A stretch of DNA of 64,000 nucleotides from an uncultured Chthonomonadaceae bacterium (GTDB taxonomy: Bacteria > Armatimonadota > Chthonomonadetes > Chthonomonadales > Chthonomonadaceae). This document shows positions 31,378 through 43,422 of this stretch, piece by piece. Position 1 is the first letter of the stretch; each line of letters begins with the position of its first letter. The stretch is from assembly GCA_963817895.1 (NCBI GenBank), contig CAWFQB010000001.1, forward strand, positions 1,248,001-1,312,000. Direction: 5' to 3'. Position numbers and translations under genes: made by a program. The notes under the pieces were generated by a model. That model was not told the origin of the DNA and made no database searches. It worked only from the letters and a program-made list of their open reading frames with translations.

Positions 31378-34300
31378 CTATCTATACAGCCAGACCCGCA
31401 GCAGCGACAATAACTGCTCCGTGTCAACGGGTTTGGAGATGTAATCGGACGCGCCCGCTTCGATGCACGTTTCCCGGTCGCCCTTCATGGCTTTGGCGGT
31501 CAGGGCGATAATCGGCAGGGATTTGAACTTGGACAGGGCGCGAATGGCGCGCATCGTCTCGTATCCGTCCATCGTCGGGCATCATCACATCCATAAGGAC
31601 GATGTCAATGCCCGCCGTGTTCTGTAAGGTTTCAATGCCGTCCTTGCCATTCTCCGCGTACAGGACCTGCATCTTGTGCCGTTCCAGCAGACTGGTCAGG
31701 GCGAAGATGTTGCGAATGTCGTCGTCCACGACAAGCACTTTCTTGCCGGAAAGAACCGGGTCGTCAAGCCGTACCTGATCCAGCATTTGCCGCTTGGAGG
31801 TGGGCAGATTGGCCTGTACGCGGTGCAGGAACAGGGTTGTCTCGTCCAGCAGGCGTTCGGGCGAACGGGCGTCCTTGACGATGATGGTATCCGCCAGTCG
31901 GCGCAGTTCCGTATCCTGCTTTTTGGTCAGTTCCTTGCCCGTGTAGATCACAATGGGAATGTGGGTCAGGGCCGGGTCTTTGCGGATTTGCTCGATCAGT
32001 TGGAAGCCGGTCATATCGGGCAGGCCCAAATCCAGCACCATGCAGTCGAACGTTTCGCTCCGCAGCGCTTCCAGCGCCTCGCCGCCCGTTTTTACAGCCG
32101 AAGTTTTCACGTCCCCGTTGCCGATGAGTTCCACGATGCTGTTGCGCTGCGTGTCGTCGTCTTCCACGATCAGCAGGCGCTTCACTTTGCGCTCCACGAA
32201 GCCTTTGATGTCGGTCAGGGCGTCATCCAGCGATTCGCGGGTGACGGGCTTTTGCATATACGCAATCGCGCCCTGCCGCAGCCCGCGCTGCTTCTCCTCG
32301 AAACCCGAAATGATATGCACGGGAATGTGGCGCGTATCGGCGTCGTGTTTCAGGCGATCCAGAACCGCCCATCCGTCCATATCCGGCAGGCCGATGTCGA
32401 GCGTAATGGCATCCGGGCGGAACTGGCGGGCAAGCGGCCCGACCATGCCGCCATTCGAGGCCACAATGCCCTTGAAACCCTTTGTCGCGGGCGCGTTCCA
32501 GCAGGATTTGCGCAAACGTCGGGTCGTCCTCCACAATCATCAATACCTGATCGTCGGTTTGAATGTCGCTGCGGTCATCGCCCACATCTCCCGCCATCAG
32601 CAGGCGCGATTCCGGCCGGGCAGCAGAGGGTGTTTCCCCGTCCGTTTCGGAAGTGAAGGCGGATGCGGTTCCCGAATTGGGTGGCGGAGTTGCCGCTCCC
32701 CGTATCGAAATTTATACCCCCGGTTCCGCCGTTGCCGCCTGAGCCGGAACGGGCGCGGGTAATCGCTCCCCGCGTGGACATTTCGGACTCCATACGCGCC
32801 TGACGATCCGGCAGATTCTGCGGCAGATACAGAACAAACGTGCTGCCCTCGCCCGGACTGCTGCTCAACTTGATTTCGCCGCCCAACAGATTGGCGATTT
32901 CGCGGCTGATGGACAATCCTAACCCCGTGCCGCCATATTTGCGGCTCGTCGTGCCGTCCGCCTGCTGGAACGCTTCGAACACCATGCGTTGCCGATGCGC
33001 GGGGATGCCGATGCCCGTATCCGAAACCGCAAACGCGATAACCCGTCCCGCCCGGTTGAGCGTATCCTGGTCGCGGCTCCAGCCCTCCGTCGCTACCCGC
33101 ATTTCCAGCGTCACGCTGCCCTGTTCGGTAAATTTCAGCGCGTTGGAAAGGAGGTTGCGCAGAACTTGCTGCAATCGTTGCGAGTCGGTGCGGATGTTGG
33201 CGGGCAGGCCGTCGCCCAACTGAACCCTGAATTCAAGCCCCTTATCCTGCGCCACTTCGCGGAAATTGCGCTCCACATAATCCTGCAATCCGACAAACGC
33301 GACATCGGACGGGTCCACTTCCAGCGTCCCCGATTCGATTTTCGCCAGATCCAGAATTTCGTTGATAAGCGCGAGCAGGTCGTTGCCCGAAGAATGAATT
33401 GTGCTTGCGTACTCCACCTGCTTCACGGTCAGGTTGTTTTCGTTGTTTTCCGACAGCAGGCGCGACAGTATCAACATGCTGTTGAGCGGCGTCCGCAGTT
33501 CGTGGCTCATGTTGGCAAGGAATTCGGACTTGTATTTGGACGTGAGCGAAAGCTGCTCGGCCTTCTCTTCCAGTTCCTGCCGCGCCAGTTCGATTTGGCG
33601 GTTTTTGCGCTCCACCTCGTGGTTCTGCTCGGACAGCAACTGCGCTTTTTCTTCCAGTTCCTCGTTGGTCTGCTGCAACTCTTCCTGCTGCTGGCGCAGC
33701 AGGTCTTCGCTGGCCTGAAGCGTTTTGGCCTGCTGTTCCAGTCGTCGGTTGGTTTCCTGCAACTCCTGCTGCTGATTTTGCAGTTCCTGCGTGAGCGATT
33801 GGGACTGCTTGAGCAGTTCTTCCGTTCGCATCCCCGCCGCAAGCGTGTTCAGCACAATGCCGATGCTTTCCGCCAGTTGATCCAGAAACGTCAGTTGAAT
33901 GTCGGTGAAGCGGTTGAACGAGGCCAGTTCCAGCACGGCAAGCACATCGCCCTCAAACAGAATGGGCAGCACGACGATGTTGCGCGGGGGCGCGTCGCCT
34001 AGCCCGGAACTGATACGAATATAATCGTCCGGCACGTCCATCAGCAGAATGCGCTGTTTTTCCAGCATACACTGTCCGACTAATCCCTCGCCCGGCGCGA
34101 AGCGGTTGGACAGGGATTTGCGCTGCTGATACCCGTAACTGGCAAGCAGTTTCAGAGTCGCGCCGTTGTTGAGGTCATACCCGGAACGAAGCGCGGTTGC
34201 CGTTGTGTTGCCGTTGCCGCCGTTGCCATTGCCATTGGAACCGTTGTTGGCGCTGGCGTCGTTGAAGTAGAACACGCCCGCCTGCTCGGTCACGAGGGGC

Positions 34301-37300
34301 GCGAGTTCGGACAGGATCAGCTGCGACACATTGAGCAGGTCGCGCTGGCCCTGCAACAGCCGCGTGAAGCGGGCCACATTGGTTTTCAGCCAGTCCTGCT
34401 CTTCGTTGATGCGGGTCGTGTCGCGGAGGTTGCGGATCATCTCATTGATGTTGTCTTTGAGCGTCGCCACTTCCCCCGCCGCTTCGACGGCAATGGAGCG
34501 CGACAGGTCGCCGGTTGTAACGGCTGTGGCAACCTCGGCAATGGCGCGTATCTGCGTGGTCAGCGTGGTTGCGAGTTGGTTCACGTTGTCGGTCAGGTCG
34601 CGCCATGTTCCCGCCGCGCCCGGAACGCTGGCCTGCCCGCCCAGTCGCCCCTCGATGCCGACTTCGCGCGCAACCGTTGTCACCTGTTCGGCAAATGTGG
34701 CAAGGGTGTCAATCATCGCGTTGATGGTATCGGCCAGTTCCGCGATTTCGCCTTTGGCTTCCAGCACGAGTTTTTGCTTCAGGTTGCCGTTCGCGACAGC
34801 GGTAACAACGCGGGCAATGCCGCGCACCTGATTGGTCAGGTTCGCGGCCATGTAGTTGACGTTGTCGGTCAGGTCTTTCCACGTTCCGGCAACGCCCTTC
34901 ACATCCGCCTGCCCGCCCAATTTGCCGTCCGTGCCGACTTCACGCGCAACGCGGGTGACTTCACTGGCAAAAGCGTTCAGCTGGTCTACCATCGTATTGA
35001 TGGTGTTTTTCAGGTCGAGAATTTCGCCTTTGGCTTCAACCGTAATTTTCTTCGTCAGGTCGCCATTGGCAACCGCTGTTGTAACGCCCGCAATTCCGCG
35101 CACTTGTCCTGTCAGGTTGGACGCCATGAAGTTGACGTTATCCGTCAGGTCTTTCCACGTTCCCGCCACGCCCCGAATATCGGCCTGCGCCCCAAGTTTG
35201 CCGTCCGTGCCGACTTCCCGCGCAACGCGGGTCACTTCACTGGCAAAGCTGTTCAACTGGTCTACCATCGTGTTGATGGTGTTTTTCAGTTCCAGAATTT
35301 CGCCGCGCACATCAACGGTAATCTTCTTGCTCAGGTCGCCATTGGCAACAGCGGTTGTCACTTCGGCGATGTTTCGGACTTGTCCGGTCAGGTTGGACGC
35401 CATGTAGTTGACGTTATCCGTCAAGTCTTTCCACGTTCCCGATACCCCGCGCACAACCGCCTGCCCCCCCAATTTGCCTTCGGTTCCCACTTCGCGGGCA
35501 ACGCGGGTGACTTCACTGGCGAAACTGTTCAGCTGATCCACCATGATGTTGATGGTGTTCTTCAGGTCGAGAATCTCGCCGCGCACTTCAACGGTAATCT
35601 TCTTCGACAGATCGCCGTTGGCAACCGCTGTGGTCACATCCGCGATGTTGCGCACCTGACTCGTCAGGTTGCCCGCCATCGAGTTCACGCTGTCGGTCAA
35701 ATCCTTCCACGTTCCGGCAACGCCCCGAATATCCGCCTGTCCGCCCAGTTTGCCTTCGGTTCCCACTTCGCGGGCGACTCTGGTTACTTCACTGGCAAAC
35801 CCGTTGAGTTGGTCTACCATCGTATTGATGGTGTTTTTGAGTTCCAGAATCTCGCCCCGCGCATCGGCGGTAATCTTCTTGCTCAGGTCGCCATTGGCAA
35901 CGGCTGTCGTGACTTCCGCGATATTACGTACCTGTCCCGTCAGGTTGGAGGCCATGAAGTTGACATTATCCGTCAGGTCTTTCCACGTTCCCGAAACGCC
36001 CTTCACTTCCGCCTGCCCGCCGAGATTCCCTTCCGTTCCGACTTCGCGGGCAACTCTTGTTACTTCCCTGGCGAAGCTGTTCAACTGGTCCACCATGATG
36101 TTAATGGTGTTTTTAAGGTCTAAGATTTCGCCGCGCACGTCAACGGTGATTTTCTTCGACAAATCTCCGTTCGCGATGGCGGTAGCAACGTCGGCAATGT
36201 TACGGACTTGTCCCGTCAGGTTGGAGGCCATGAAGTTGACGTTATCCGTCAGATCTTTCCATGTGCCGGATACGCCTTTTACATCCGCCTGCCCGCCCAA
36301 TTTGCCATCCGTTCCCACTTCCCTCGCCACGCGGCTGACTTCGCTGGCAAACCCGTTCAATTGATCTACCATGGTGTTGATGGTGTTTTTCAGGTCGAGA
36401 ATTTCGCCGCGCACGTCAACCGTAATTTTCTTCGACAAATCGCCATTGGCAACCGCAGTGGTCACTTCCGCGATATTTCGCACCTGACTGGTCAAATTCG
36501 ACGCCATCGAATTCACGTTATCCGTCAGGTCTTTCCACGTTCCCGACACGCCCCTGACATCGGCCTGCCCGCCTAATTTGCCATCGGTTCCCACTTCACG
36601 GGCAACGCGGGTGACTTCACTGGCGAAACTGTTTAGCTGATCCACCATGATGTTGATGGTGTTCTTCAGGTCGAGAATCTCGCCGCGCACTTCAACCGTA
36701 ATCTTCTTGCTCAGGTCGCCATTGGCAACCGCTGTGGTCACTTCCGCGATGTTGCGCACCTGACTGGTCAGGTTGCCCGCCATATAGTTGACGTTATCCG
36801 TCAGGTCTTTCCACGTTCCGGCTACGCCTTTTACCTGCGCCTGCCCGCCCAATTTGCCGTCCGTGCCGACTTCACGCGCAACGCTGGTTACTTCACTGGC
36901 AAACGCGCTCAGTTGGTCTACCATCGTGTTGACGGTTTTGGCCGTGCGCAGAAACTCGCCGGTCAGGGGACGGCCATCAATTTCCAGCGCCATTGTCTGG
37001 CCCAGATCGCCATTCGCGACTGCGCCGATAACCCGCGCCACTTCCGTTGTCGGCTGCACAAGGTCTACAATCAGGGCGTATTGACCGAGTCAATACAGGC
37101 GTTCCACGCGCCCCCGGAGCCGACATTGGCGGCCCGTTGCGCGGTTTTGCCCTCTTTGCCGACGACAGTGCTGATGCGCGACAATTCGCCGCACAGTTTA
37201 TCATTGGTTTCAATAATATCGTTGAGCGCGTCGCAGATTTTGCCGGAAATGCCCGTCAAATCCAGCGGCATCCGGGCAGAAAAATCGCCTTTTTTCACGG

Positions 37301-37364
37301 CGGTAAGCACACTCAACAATTGCTTCAAATCCAGCGTGTCTGCCGTAGGAACATCCGTTGGCAT
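31378..37364 (-). CDS. Poly-HAMP hybrid histidine kinase (HAMP array-GAF-HisKA-HATPase-3 receivers), several frameshifts
   Basis: Nine GTW(K/R)DLTD 92-aa units plus a degenerate first unit; [36 protein letters not shown]; receivers [16 protein letters not shown] and LMDVMMP. Confidence 0.93.
34560..37060. repeat. 276-bp tandem coding repeats (HAMP pairs)
   Basis: Recurrent GTCAGGTCTTTCCACGTTCC at ~276-bp spacing. Confidence 0.9.
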
Positions 37365-37491
37365 AGTCATCTCCTTTGACAATTCAGGTGTTCGGTGTTT
37401 GGTGTACGGGAATCCAGTTGTGAGTTTTGCCGCGCTCAAATAAATGTGTACTGTCGCATGGTCCCGAATACCGAACACCGAACACCTGAAA

Positions 37492-37915
37492 TTATCGCGC
37501 GTCCTCGGTGACTTCATTCGGTTCCTGACAGCCTTTGCCCACCGCATGGTCGGCATCTATTTCTATTCCAAACTGATCCAGCAGCGCAATGTAGCCGGGG
37601 GTGCAGCTGCCCATACAGCGCTGTACAATGCAATCTTCATGATGAATAGGTTCAAGGTCGGGGCCGAACGCGGCGCGAATCAGGCAGGCTCTCAGGAAGG
37701 GCGGCTGTTGGGTCACAGGGGATTCGGACGTGAGGGGCGGAAGGGAACATGAGTTTGCGGGCAATGTCTCTGCCGTTGTCCGACGTGGCTAAACGCTCGA
37801 TCATGTGTTCTGCCAGATGGCAGCGGCGAATGGGAATACTAAGCATGACAGGAGCGCCGGGAACGGGAATGAATTCCGTTTCCAGCTGGTAGTGCCGACA
37901 GCGATTACTCTGCAT
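37492..37915 (-). CDS. Cys-rich hypothetical protein A (one frameshift near 37670-37740)
   Basis: MQSNRCRHYQL...RRCHL joined to AFGPDLEPIHHEDCIVQRCMGSCTPGY; homologous to the neighbouring gene. Confidence 0.7.
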
Positions 37916-38323
37916 CACAACGCCCTTCTTTACCAGACAGGCAGAGACTGTCTCCCCGGTTTGCCGAGCCGTGTTCAAGAGGTCGTTGTTTAAAGAATAG
38001 CATGCCGGCAACGAATAAGTACCTCAATCAGAACATTCTGGTATTCTCTGCATCCCATGCAGAAAACAAGCGGCATAAAGCACTGCGTCGAAGCGTGGCG
38101 CGTAAGATGGGAAACGGCGCGCGGGCAAATCATTCAGCCACCGTCAGGAGCAGCTACCTTAAGAAATAAATAAATAATGGAAACCTGGCAGCGCGATTAC
38201 TGCGGGGCATCGCGACGCAAACCTACTCCCTATTACGTAGTTTCTGCCAAACGTTCCGCCTGCGCGAACAATATTTGACAAATTTCGTCTTAAACGGTTA
38301 TCAATTGTGCAAAGCCCACAAAA

Positions 38324-38734
38324 TTAACAGGTACAGCCTGTAGTTTCGGGCTGAACGGTTTGTCTTTGCAGGGATTCGGCATGGTCTTCCGCGTCTTCGC
38401 AGGTTACTTCGTCCTCCAGCGGATCCACGATATTGAATTGCAGCAGTAGTTCGCGGTACGCCGGAGTGCATAGTCCGTCGCAGCGGGTCAGTGTGCAAAG
38501 GTGCTGCGTCACGGCATCCAGATCCGGCCCGACGCACGCAAACGCGCGATTTTGTGTCTGCACGGTGAGCCGCTGCGCCAGTGGTTCGGCTTCGGGAACC
38601 GACTGCATCAGTTGCAGCATCCGCGCCGATAAAATGCAATGGCGAATCGCAAGGTAGGCGGGCGGGCCCTCCTGCGCGAGAAGTTCGGAATGAAGTTGAT
38701 AATGGGGACAACGCTGGTCAGGCTGCGTTTTCAT
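38324..38734 (-). CDS. Cys-rich hypothetical protein B
   Basis: GAGGAG RBS; RCPHYQL...RHCIL...GPDLDAVTQHLCTLTRCDGLCTPAY. Confidence 0.75.
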   Translation of the reverse strand: MKTQPDQRCPHYQLHSELLAQEGPPAYLAIRHCILSARMLQLMQSVPEAEPLAQRLTVQTQNRAFACVGPDLDAVTQHLCTLTRCDGLCTPAYRELLLQFNIVDPLEDEVTCEDAEDHAESLQRQTVQPETTGCTC

Positions 38735-39021
38735 GGGCTGCAATAGTCTCCTCAACAGGGCGCAACATACCGCCGGAGCCACGGGGCTGATGGTACTTCC
38801 AGAAGATTGTGATTCTCAGCAAGGGAGCAGAAGAAATGCCGTGTTCTCGGCGGAGACAAGCAGGCAACTCTCTTCTTCGCTATATTCGAGACGCGAGGCT
38901 TCATTTCCTGTCGAACAGAAAAAAATAGGAGATAGGAGATAGGAGATACGAGATACAAGGAATACTAATGCCTGCTCCCTATGTTCTTCACTCGTATCTC
39001 GTATCTCGTATCTCCTATCTC

Positions 39022-41260
39022 TTACCCGTGCCAGTCCACATCCGTAACCTCTTTGGCGTGGGCCACGATGAAGTTGCGGCGGGGTTCCACCTTGTCGCTC
39101 ATGAAGATGTCGAACATCTCAATGGCGGCGGGCAGGTTTTCCGGGTCGAGCTGCACCTGCGCGAGACGGCGCTTGTCGGCGTCCATCGTGGTTTCGGCAA
39201 GGTCAATCGCGTTCATTTCGCCCAACCCTTTGAAGCGCGTCACAACCACGTCGCGCTTGCCCTTCAGGGTTTTGATGTAAGCGTCGCGCTCTTCTTCGTT
39301 TTTGGCGTAGAACTGATCGTTCTTGCCGGCCTTGATGCGGAACAGGGGCGGCTGCGCGATATACACATGCCCCTCTTCAATCAGCGGGCGCATGTAAAGC
39401 CAGAAGAACGTCAGCAGCAGGGTTCGGATGTGGTCGCCATCAACATCCGCATCAGTCATAATTATGATTTTGTTATACCTGAGCTTAGTTAAGATCATAA
39501 GACGGCGACTTGTCTTTGCTGCTCTTCACTTCCAGCAGTTCGCCATTGCTGGTATCTTTGCTGCCGCTTTCCTCGTCACTGTCGCTATCCATGCCATACG
39601 AGATGCCGGTTCCGAGCGCGGTAATCATGGCGCGAATTTCTTCGTTTTCCAGCACCTTGTCCACGCGGGCTTTGCCGACGTTGATGATTTTGCCGCGCAG
39701 CGGGAGAATGGCCTGTGTTCGCCGGTCCCGGCCCTGCTTGGCCGGCCCGCCAGCCGAGTCGCCTTCTACGAGGAACAGTTCGCACCGTTTGGGGTCACGG
39801 TCGGAGCAGTCGGCCAATTTGCCGGGAAGGGAGTGGGACTCCATCGCGCTTTGCCGCTTCACCAGATCGGCGGCTTTGCGGGCGGCGTCGCGGGCGCGCT
39901 GACTCGTCAATGCCTTGTCAATGATACGCTTGGCAACCTGTGGATTCTCTTCCAGATACTCCGCCAGTTTTTCGCCGACGATGTTGCCGACAATGCCGTC
40001 CACATCGTTGTTGAGCAGTTTGGCTTTTTCCTGCGCGTTGAAAAGCGGATGCGCCAGTTTTACAGAGACTACAGCCGTCAGCCCTTCGCGCACGTCCTCA
40101 CCCGTAAAGTTGTTTTCTTTCTCTTTAATCAGGTTGTTTTTACGCGCATACGAGTTCATCACGCGCGTAAGAGCGGTGCGCAGGCCGGAAACATGTGTGC
40201 CGCCATCGGGCGTATTGATGTTGTTGGCGAAAGAAAGAATCGTTTCCTGATAGCTCAAATTGTACTGAATAGCGACTTCGGCGAAAGCGTCCGTGCCATC
40301 GGCGGCGGGACGCACCCCTCCAAAGTAAATGGGTTTGTGTACTGCGTCTTTGGTTTCATTCAAATGCTCGACGTACTCCACAATGCCGCGCTTGAAATGA
40401 AAGACCTTATGTACCGGCGCGGGTTCCGGCAGCGTTGCTTCTTCGCCATCCGCCACTTCAATCGCTTCGGGCGCTTCCAGATCGCGCTCATTGGTAAACG
40501 TCAGCGTCAAGTCTTTATTCAGGTAGGCGAGTTCGCGCAGACGACGTTCGATTTTTTCGGCGTCGTACTGAAAATCTTCAAAAATGGTCGGATCGGCATG
40601 CCAATGTACCAGTGTGCCGTGTTCTTCCGGCTTCGCCTTGCCGATGACTTTTAGTTTTTGCGTCGTGATGCCGCGCTCGAACCGCATTTTGTGGATTTTG
40701 CTGTCGCGCGTGACAGTCGCTTCCAGCCAGTCCGAAGTGGCGTTGACGCACGAAACGCCCACACCATGCAGACCGCCGGACACCTTGTACGCGCCGCTGT
40801 CGAACTTGCCGCCCGCATGAAGTTTGGTCAGCGCCAGTTCCACACCGGGTACGCCATACTCTTTGTTGATGTCAACCGGAAAGCCGCGACCATTATCTTG
40901 CACCGAAACGCTGCCGTCCGCGTGAAGAATAACGTCAATCTGGTTGCAGTAGCCAGCCATCGCCTCGTCAACGGAGTTATCGCTGACTTCCACAAATAAA
41001 TGGTGCAGAGCTTTGGCATCGGTTCCGCCGATGTACATGCCGGGACGCCGCCGAACGGCTTCCAGCCCTTCAAGCACTTGAATCTGTTCTGAGGTATAGG
41101 CGGTGCTGACATGTCCAACGCTGTCCAGATGTTCAAGCTGCTGCTTTTCCTGAGCGCGTTGCGCGGCGGTGCGCTTGTCTTCGGTGGGTTCGAGACTTGG
41201 ATCGGGGTCGAGGTTCGAGGGTTCGTCTGCCACTGCGGATTTCTTGCCCACTTTTGCCAT
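39022..41260 (-). CDS. gyrB: Type II topoisomerase B subunit (GyrB; ParE not excluded); frameshift near 39490
   Basis: [70 protein letters not shown]. Confidence 0.92.
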
Positions 41261-41736
41261 AAAAAAACTCCTTCGGGCTGTGTCGGGGCATAGCGTAGCC
41301 GCCCGGTAAACAGCCGCGCGCAGGTATCGCTGCATCCTCCCGAACATGTCCGCAAGCGTGTCTCGGACATCGGGAACCGGCGCAGTCAGATACGTCAACG
41401 GCACTATTGCCACTCTCAAAAAGCGTTGCGAAACCCTCTGAGAACATGCGAATAGCTACCAATATTATAGCACAAACGCCGATAAAAGTCAAAAGTTCGC
41501 GCGCTTACAACAGCGTCAGAACCTCTCGATTTCAGAGAACGCGGGGTATATGTATCCCTCTTTAGCAATACGAACATTTGTCTGCTTTTTACGCCACTAC
41601 GAACAGTCCGACCAAACCGGAATTCGCGGAATACAGCAAAACGGGGGTAGAATAAACGTATCGCGCCGCGCAGCCGATAATCGGAAGAACGATTAAACCC
41701 GGCGGCTTTTCGCGCTGCCCGAATGGACACAGCACC

Positions 41737-42426
41737 GTGAGCGATAACGTGAGCGACAACGACGCGCCAGAAGCAAATTCGCCTTTAGTTCCTTCAGCGA
41801 CGCCGCCGACCGGAACAGGGCGGCTGTTTGTGATTTCCGGGCCATCGGGAGTGGGTAAGGACGCCCTGCTCGGACGCCTGTACCAGTGCCTGCCCGGTAT
41901 CGCGCAAAGCGTGAGCGCCACGACACGCGCGCCCCGCGTGGGCGAAACGGCCGGCGTGGACTACCATTTTTTCACGCATGGCGAGTTTGAAAGCGATATT
42001 ACGAGCGGCTATTTTCTGGAATACGCCCGCTATGGGAGCGATTATTACGGCACGCCGCGCCGCAAAGTGGACGAACTGCGGGAACAGGGTACGGACGTTG
42101 TTCTCAAAATCGAGGTGCAGGGCGCGGCGCAGATAAAACAGCTCGTCCCCGACGCCATTCTGATTTTCATCAAGCCGCCCAGTCTGGACGAGTTGGCGCG
42201 GCGACTACGGGGGCGCGGCACGGACACGGAACAGAAAATTCAGGATCGCCTCGCCATCGCGCAGTACGAACTCGCCCAATTGTTCCAGTACGATTATATG
42301 ATTACCAACGACAACTTTGATACAGCCTTGAAGGTGCTGCGCGACATCGTAATCGCGGAACGGGAACGAAGTCAGGGAACAGACAGCAGGAAACAGGAAA
42401 CAGCTTCCACAGGCGCAGTAAGTTGA
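41737..42426 (+). CDS. gmk: Guanylate kinase
   Basis: SGPSGVGK, SATTRAPR, GVDYHF, YYGTP, IEVQGA, RLRGRGTD. Confidence 0.95.
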   Translation: MSDNVSDNDAPEANSPLVPSATPPTGTGRLFVISGPSGVGKDALLGRLYQCLPGIAQSVSATTRAPRVGETAGVDYHFFTHGEFESDITSGYFLEYARYGSDYYGTPRRKVDELREQGTDVVLKIEVQGAAQIKQLVPDAILIFIKPPSLDELARRLRGRGTDTEQKIQDRLAIAQYELAQLFQYDYMITNDNFDTALKVLRDIVIAERERSQGTDSRKQETASTGAVS

Positions 42427-42457
42427 GCCTCACAGTTGCAATGATAAAATCCGCCTT

Positions 42458-43024
42458 ATGTCCGATACGAGCCATACTCCCGCTTCTCCGTTTGTGATTG
42501 CATTGGAAGAGAACCTGCGCCTGCACCCGATTGGCGCAGAGATTTTCGCGCCGTTCGTAATAGAGCGGCTCGGAGCAGGAAGCGGCGCATCGTCTGCTGA
42601 ACTATCTATCACAATAACGGATGAACACGGACAGGGGCAAAACAAAATAGTTCATCTGACATGGCAGGCGCAATCCGCTTCCGTTAAGCCGCTTGCCGTA
42701 CAGGAGCGCGTGAGAACAGAATGGGGCGCATTGGGCATTGCCTGCGCGTTGATACCGGCTCTGTTGGGATTGCATGTTTTGTCTGTCGCCCTCGAAGGTG
42801 AGCGGTTCGACTACCGAATTGGCAACGATATGGGTGAGTGGGGGTTGGAAATAAGCGGTACGCTGTCGGAAAGCGGGGACGATTTACGCGAACGCCACCG
42901 TCTGAAAATTCGACAACTCCGCGAAAATCCGGCGCGTTTAAGTGGCTACGTTATCGTAGTAGGTTTTACTCTGCGCGAAGTCCTGATTTCATTCCACTTG
43001 CCCTACCCGGAGGAAACACGATGA
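42458..43024 (+). CDS. Hypothetical PD-(D/E)XK-like protein
   Basis: EWGALGIA...GERFDY...LEISG...GYVIVVGF pattern. Confidence 0.55.
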   Translation: MSDTSHTPASPFVIALEENLRLHPIGAEIFAPFVIERLGAGSGASSAELSITITDEHGQGQNKIVHLTWQAQSASVKPLAVQERVRTEWGALGIACALIPALLGLHVLSVALEGERFDYRIGNDMGEWGLEISGTLSESGDDLRERHRLKIRQLRENPARLSGYVIVVGFTLREVLISFHLPYPEETR

Positions 43025-43395
43025 ATTTTGTTCCTTATTCTGAAGAGGAAGGCCGCAAGTCCGGCCTGCTTTTACAGGCGGCTTTGCTTCGCGCCGAGGG
43101 GCAGGAAGAGTTGGCCGCGTCCCGTTTTGCCGAAGCCGCCATACTTGAAGAGCAACTTGCCCAACGCGACGATGCGGACGGGAATGCCCAACGCGCCCTG
43201 CGCAGCCGGTTCAGCGCGGCAAGCGCGTGGGCGAACGCAGGCGATTTTCACCACGCGCTTACCCTGCTGCAAGCCCTTGAACAACGCGCCGATACTCCAG
43301 AGCCGCTAAGAATCCGTATTCGCGCCTTCGCGGAAACCTTGCGCGTTCAACGCCGACAGTGGCACAACACGCTTCAGGAGGCGAACCTTTCCTGA
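43021..43395 (+). CDS. Hypothetical all-helical TPR-like protein (124 aa)
   Basis: GGAGG RBS, ATGA overlap; SAASAWANAGDFHHALTLL. Confidence 0.65.
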   Translation: MNFVPYSEEEGRKSGLLLQAALLRAEGQEELAASRFAEAAILEEQLAQRDDADGNAQRALRSRFSAASAWANAGDFHHALTLLQALEQRADTPEPLRIRIRAFAETLRVQRRQWHNTLQEANLS

Positions 43396-43422
43396 CTGAC
43401 AGGAGGTTGAAATCAGAAGCGC

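Noticed and set aside
34560..37060. Regular long repeats that could suggest a CRISPR or other non-coding array
   Set aside because: They are 276-bp in-frame HAMP coding units with synonymous variation and no unique spacers.
38118..38240. GGGCAAAT...GACGCAAA resembling a c-di-GMP-I riboswitch
   Set aside because: The motifs are about 90 nt apart, there is no GNRA-capped P2 stem, and they lie antisense to the flanking genes.
39485..39498. Programmed frameshift or naturally split gyrB
   Set aside because: No slippery sequence is present; a single extra T explains it, and similar indels occur throughout the window.
41571..41584. CGAACATTTGTCTG, similar to a GAAC-N4-GTTC LexA box between gyrB and gmk
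   Set aside because: Only one good half-site, and the LexA motif of this organism is unknown.
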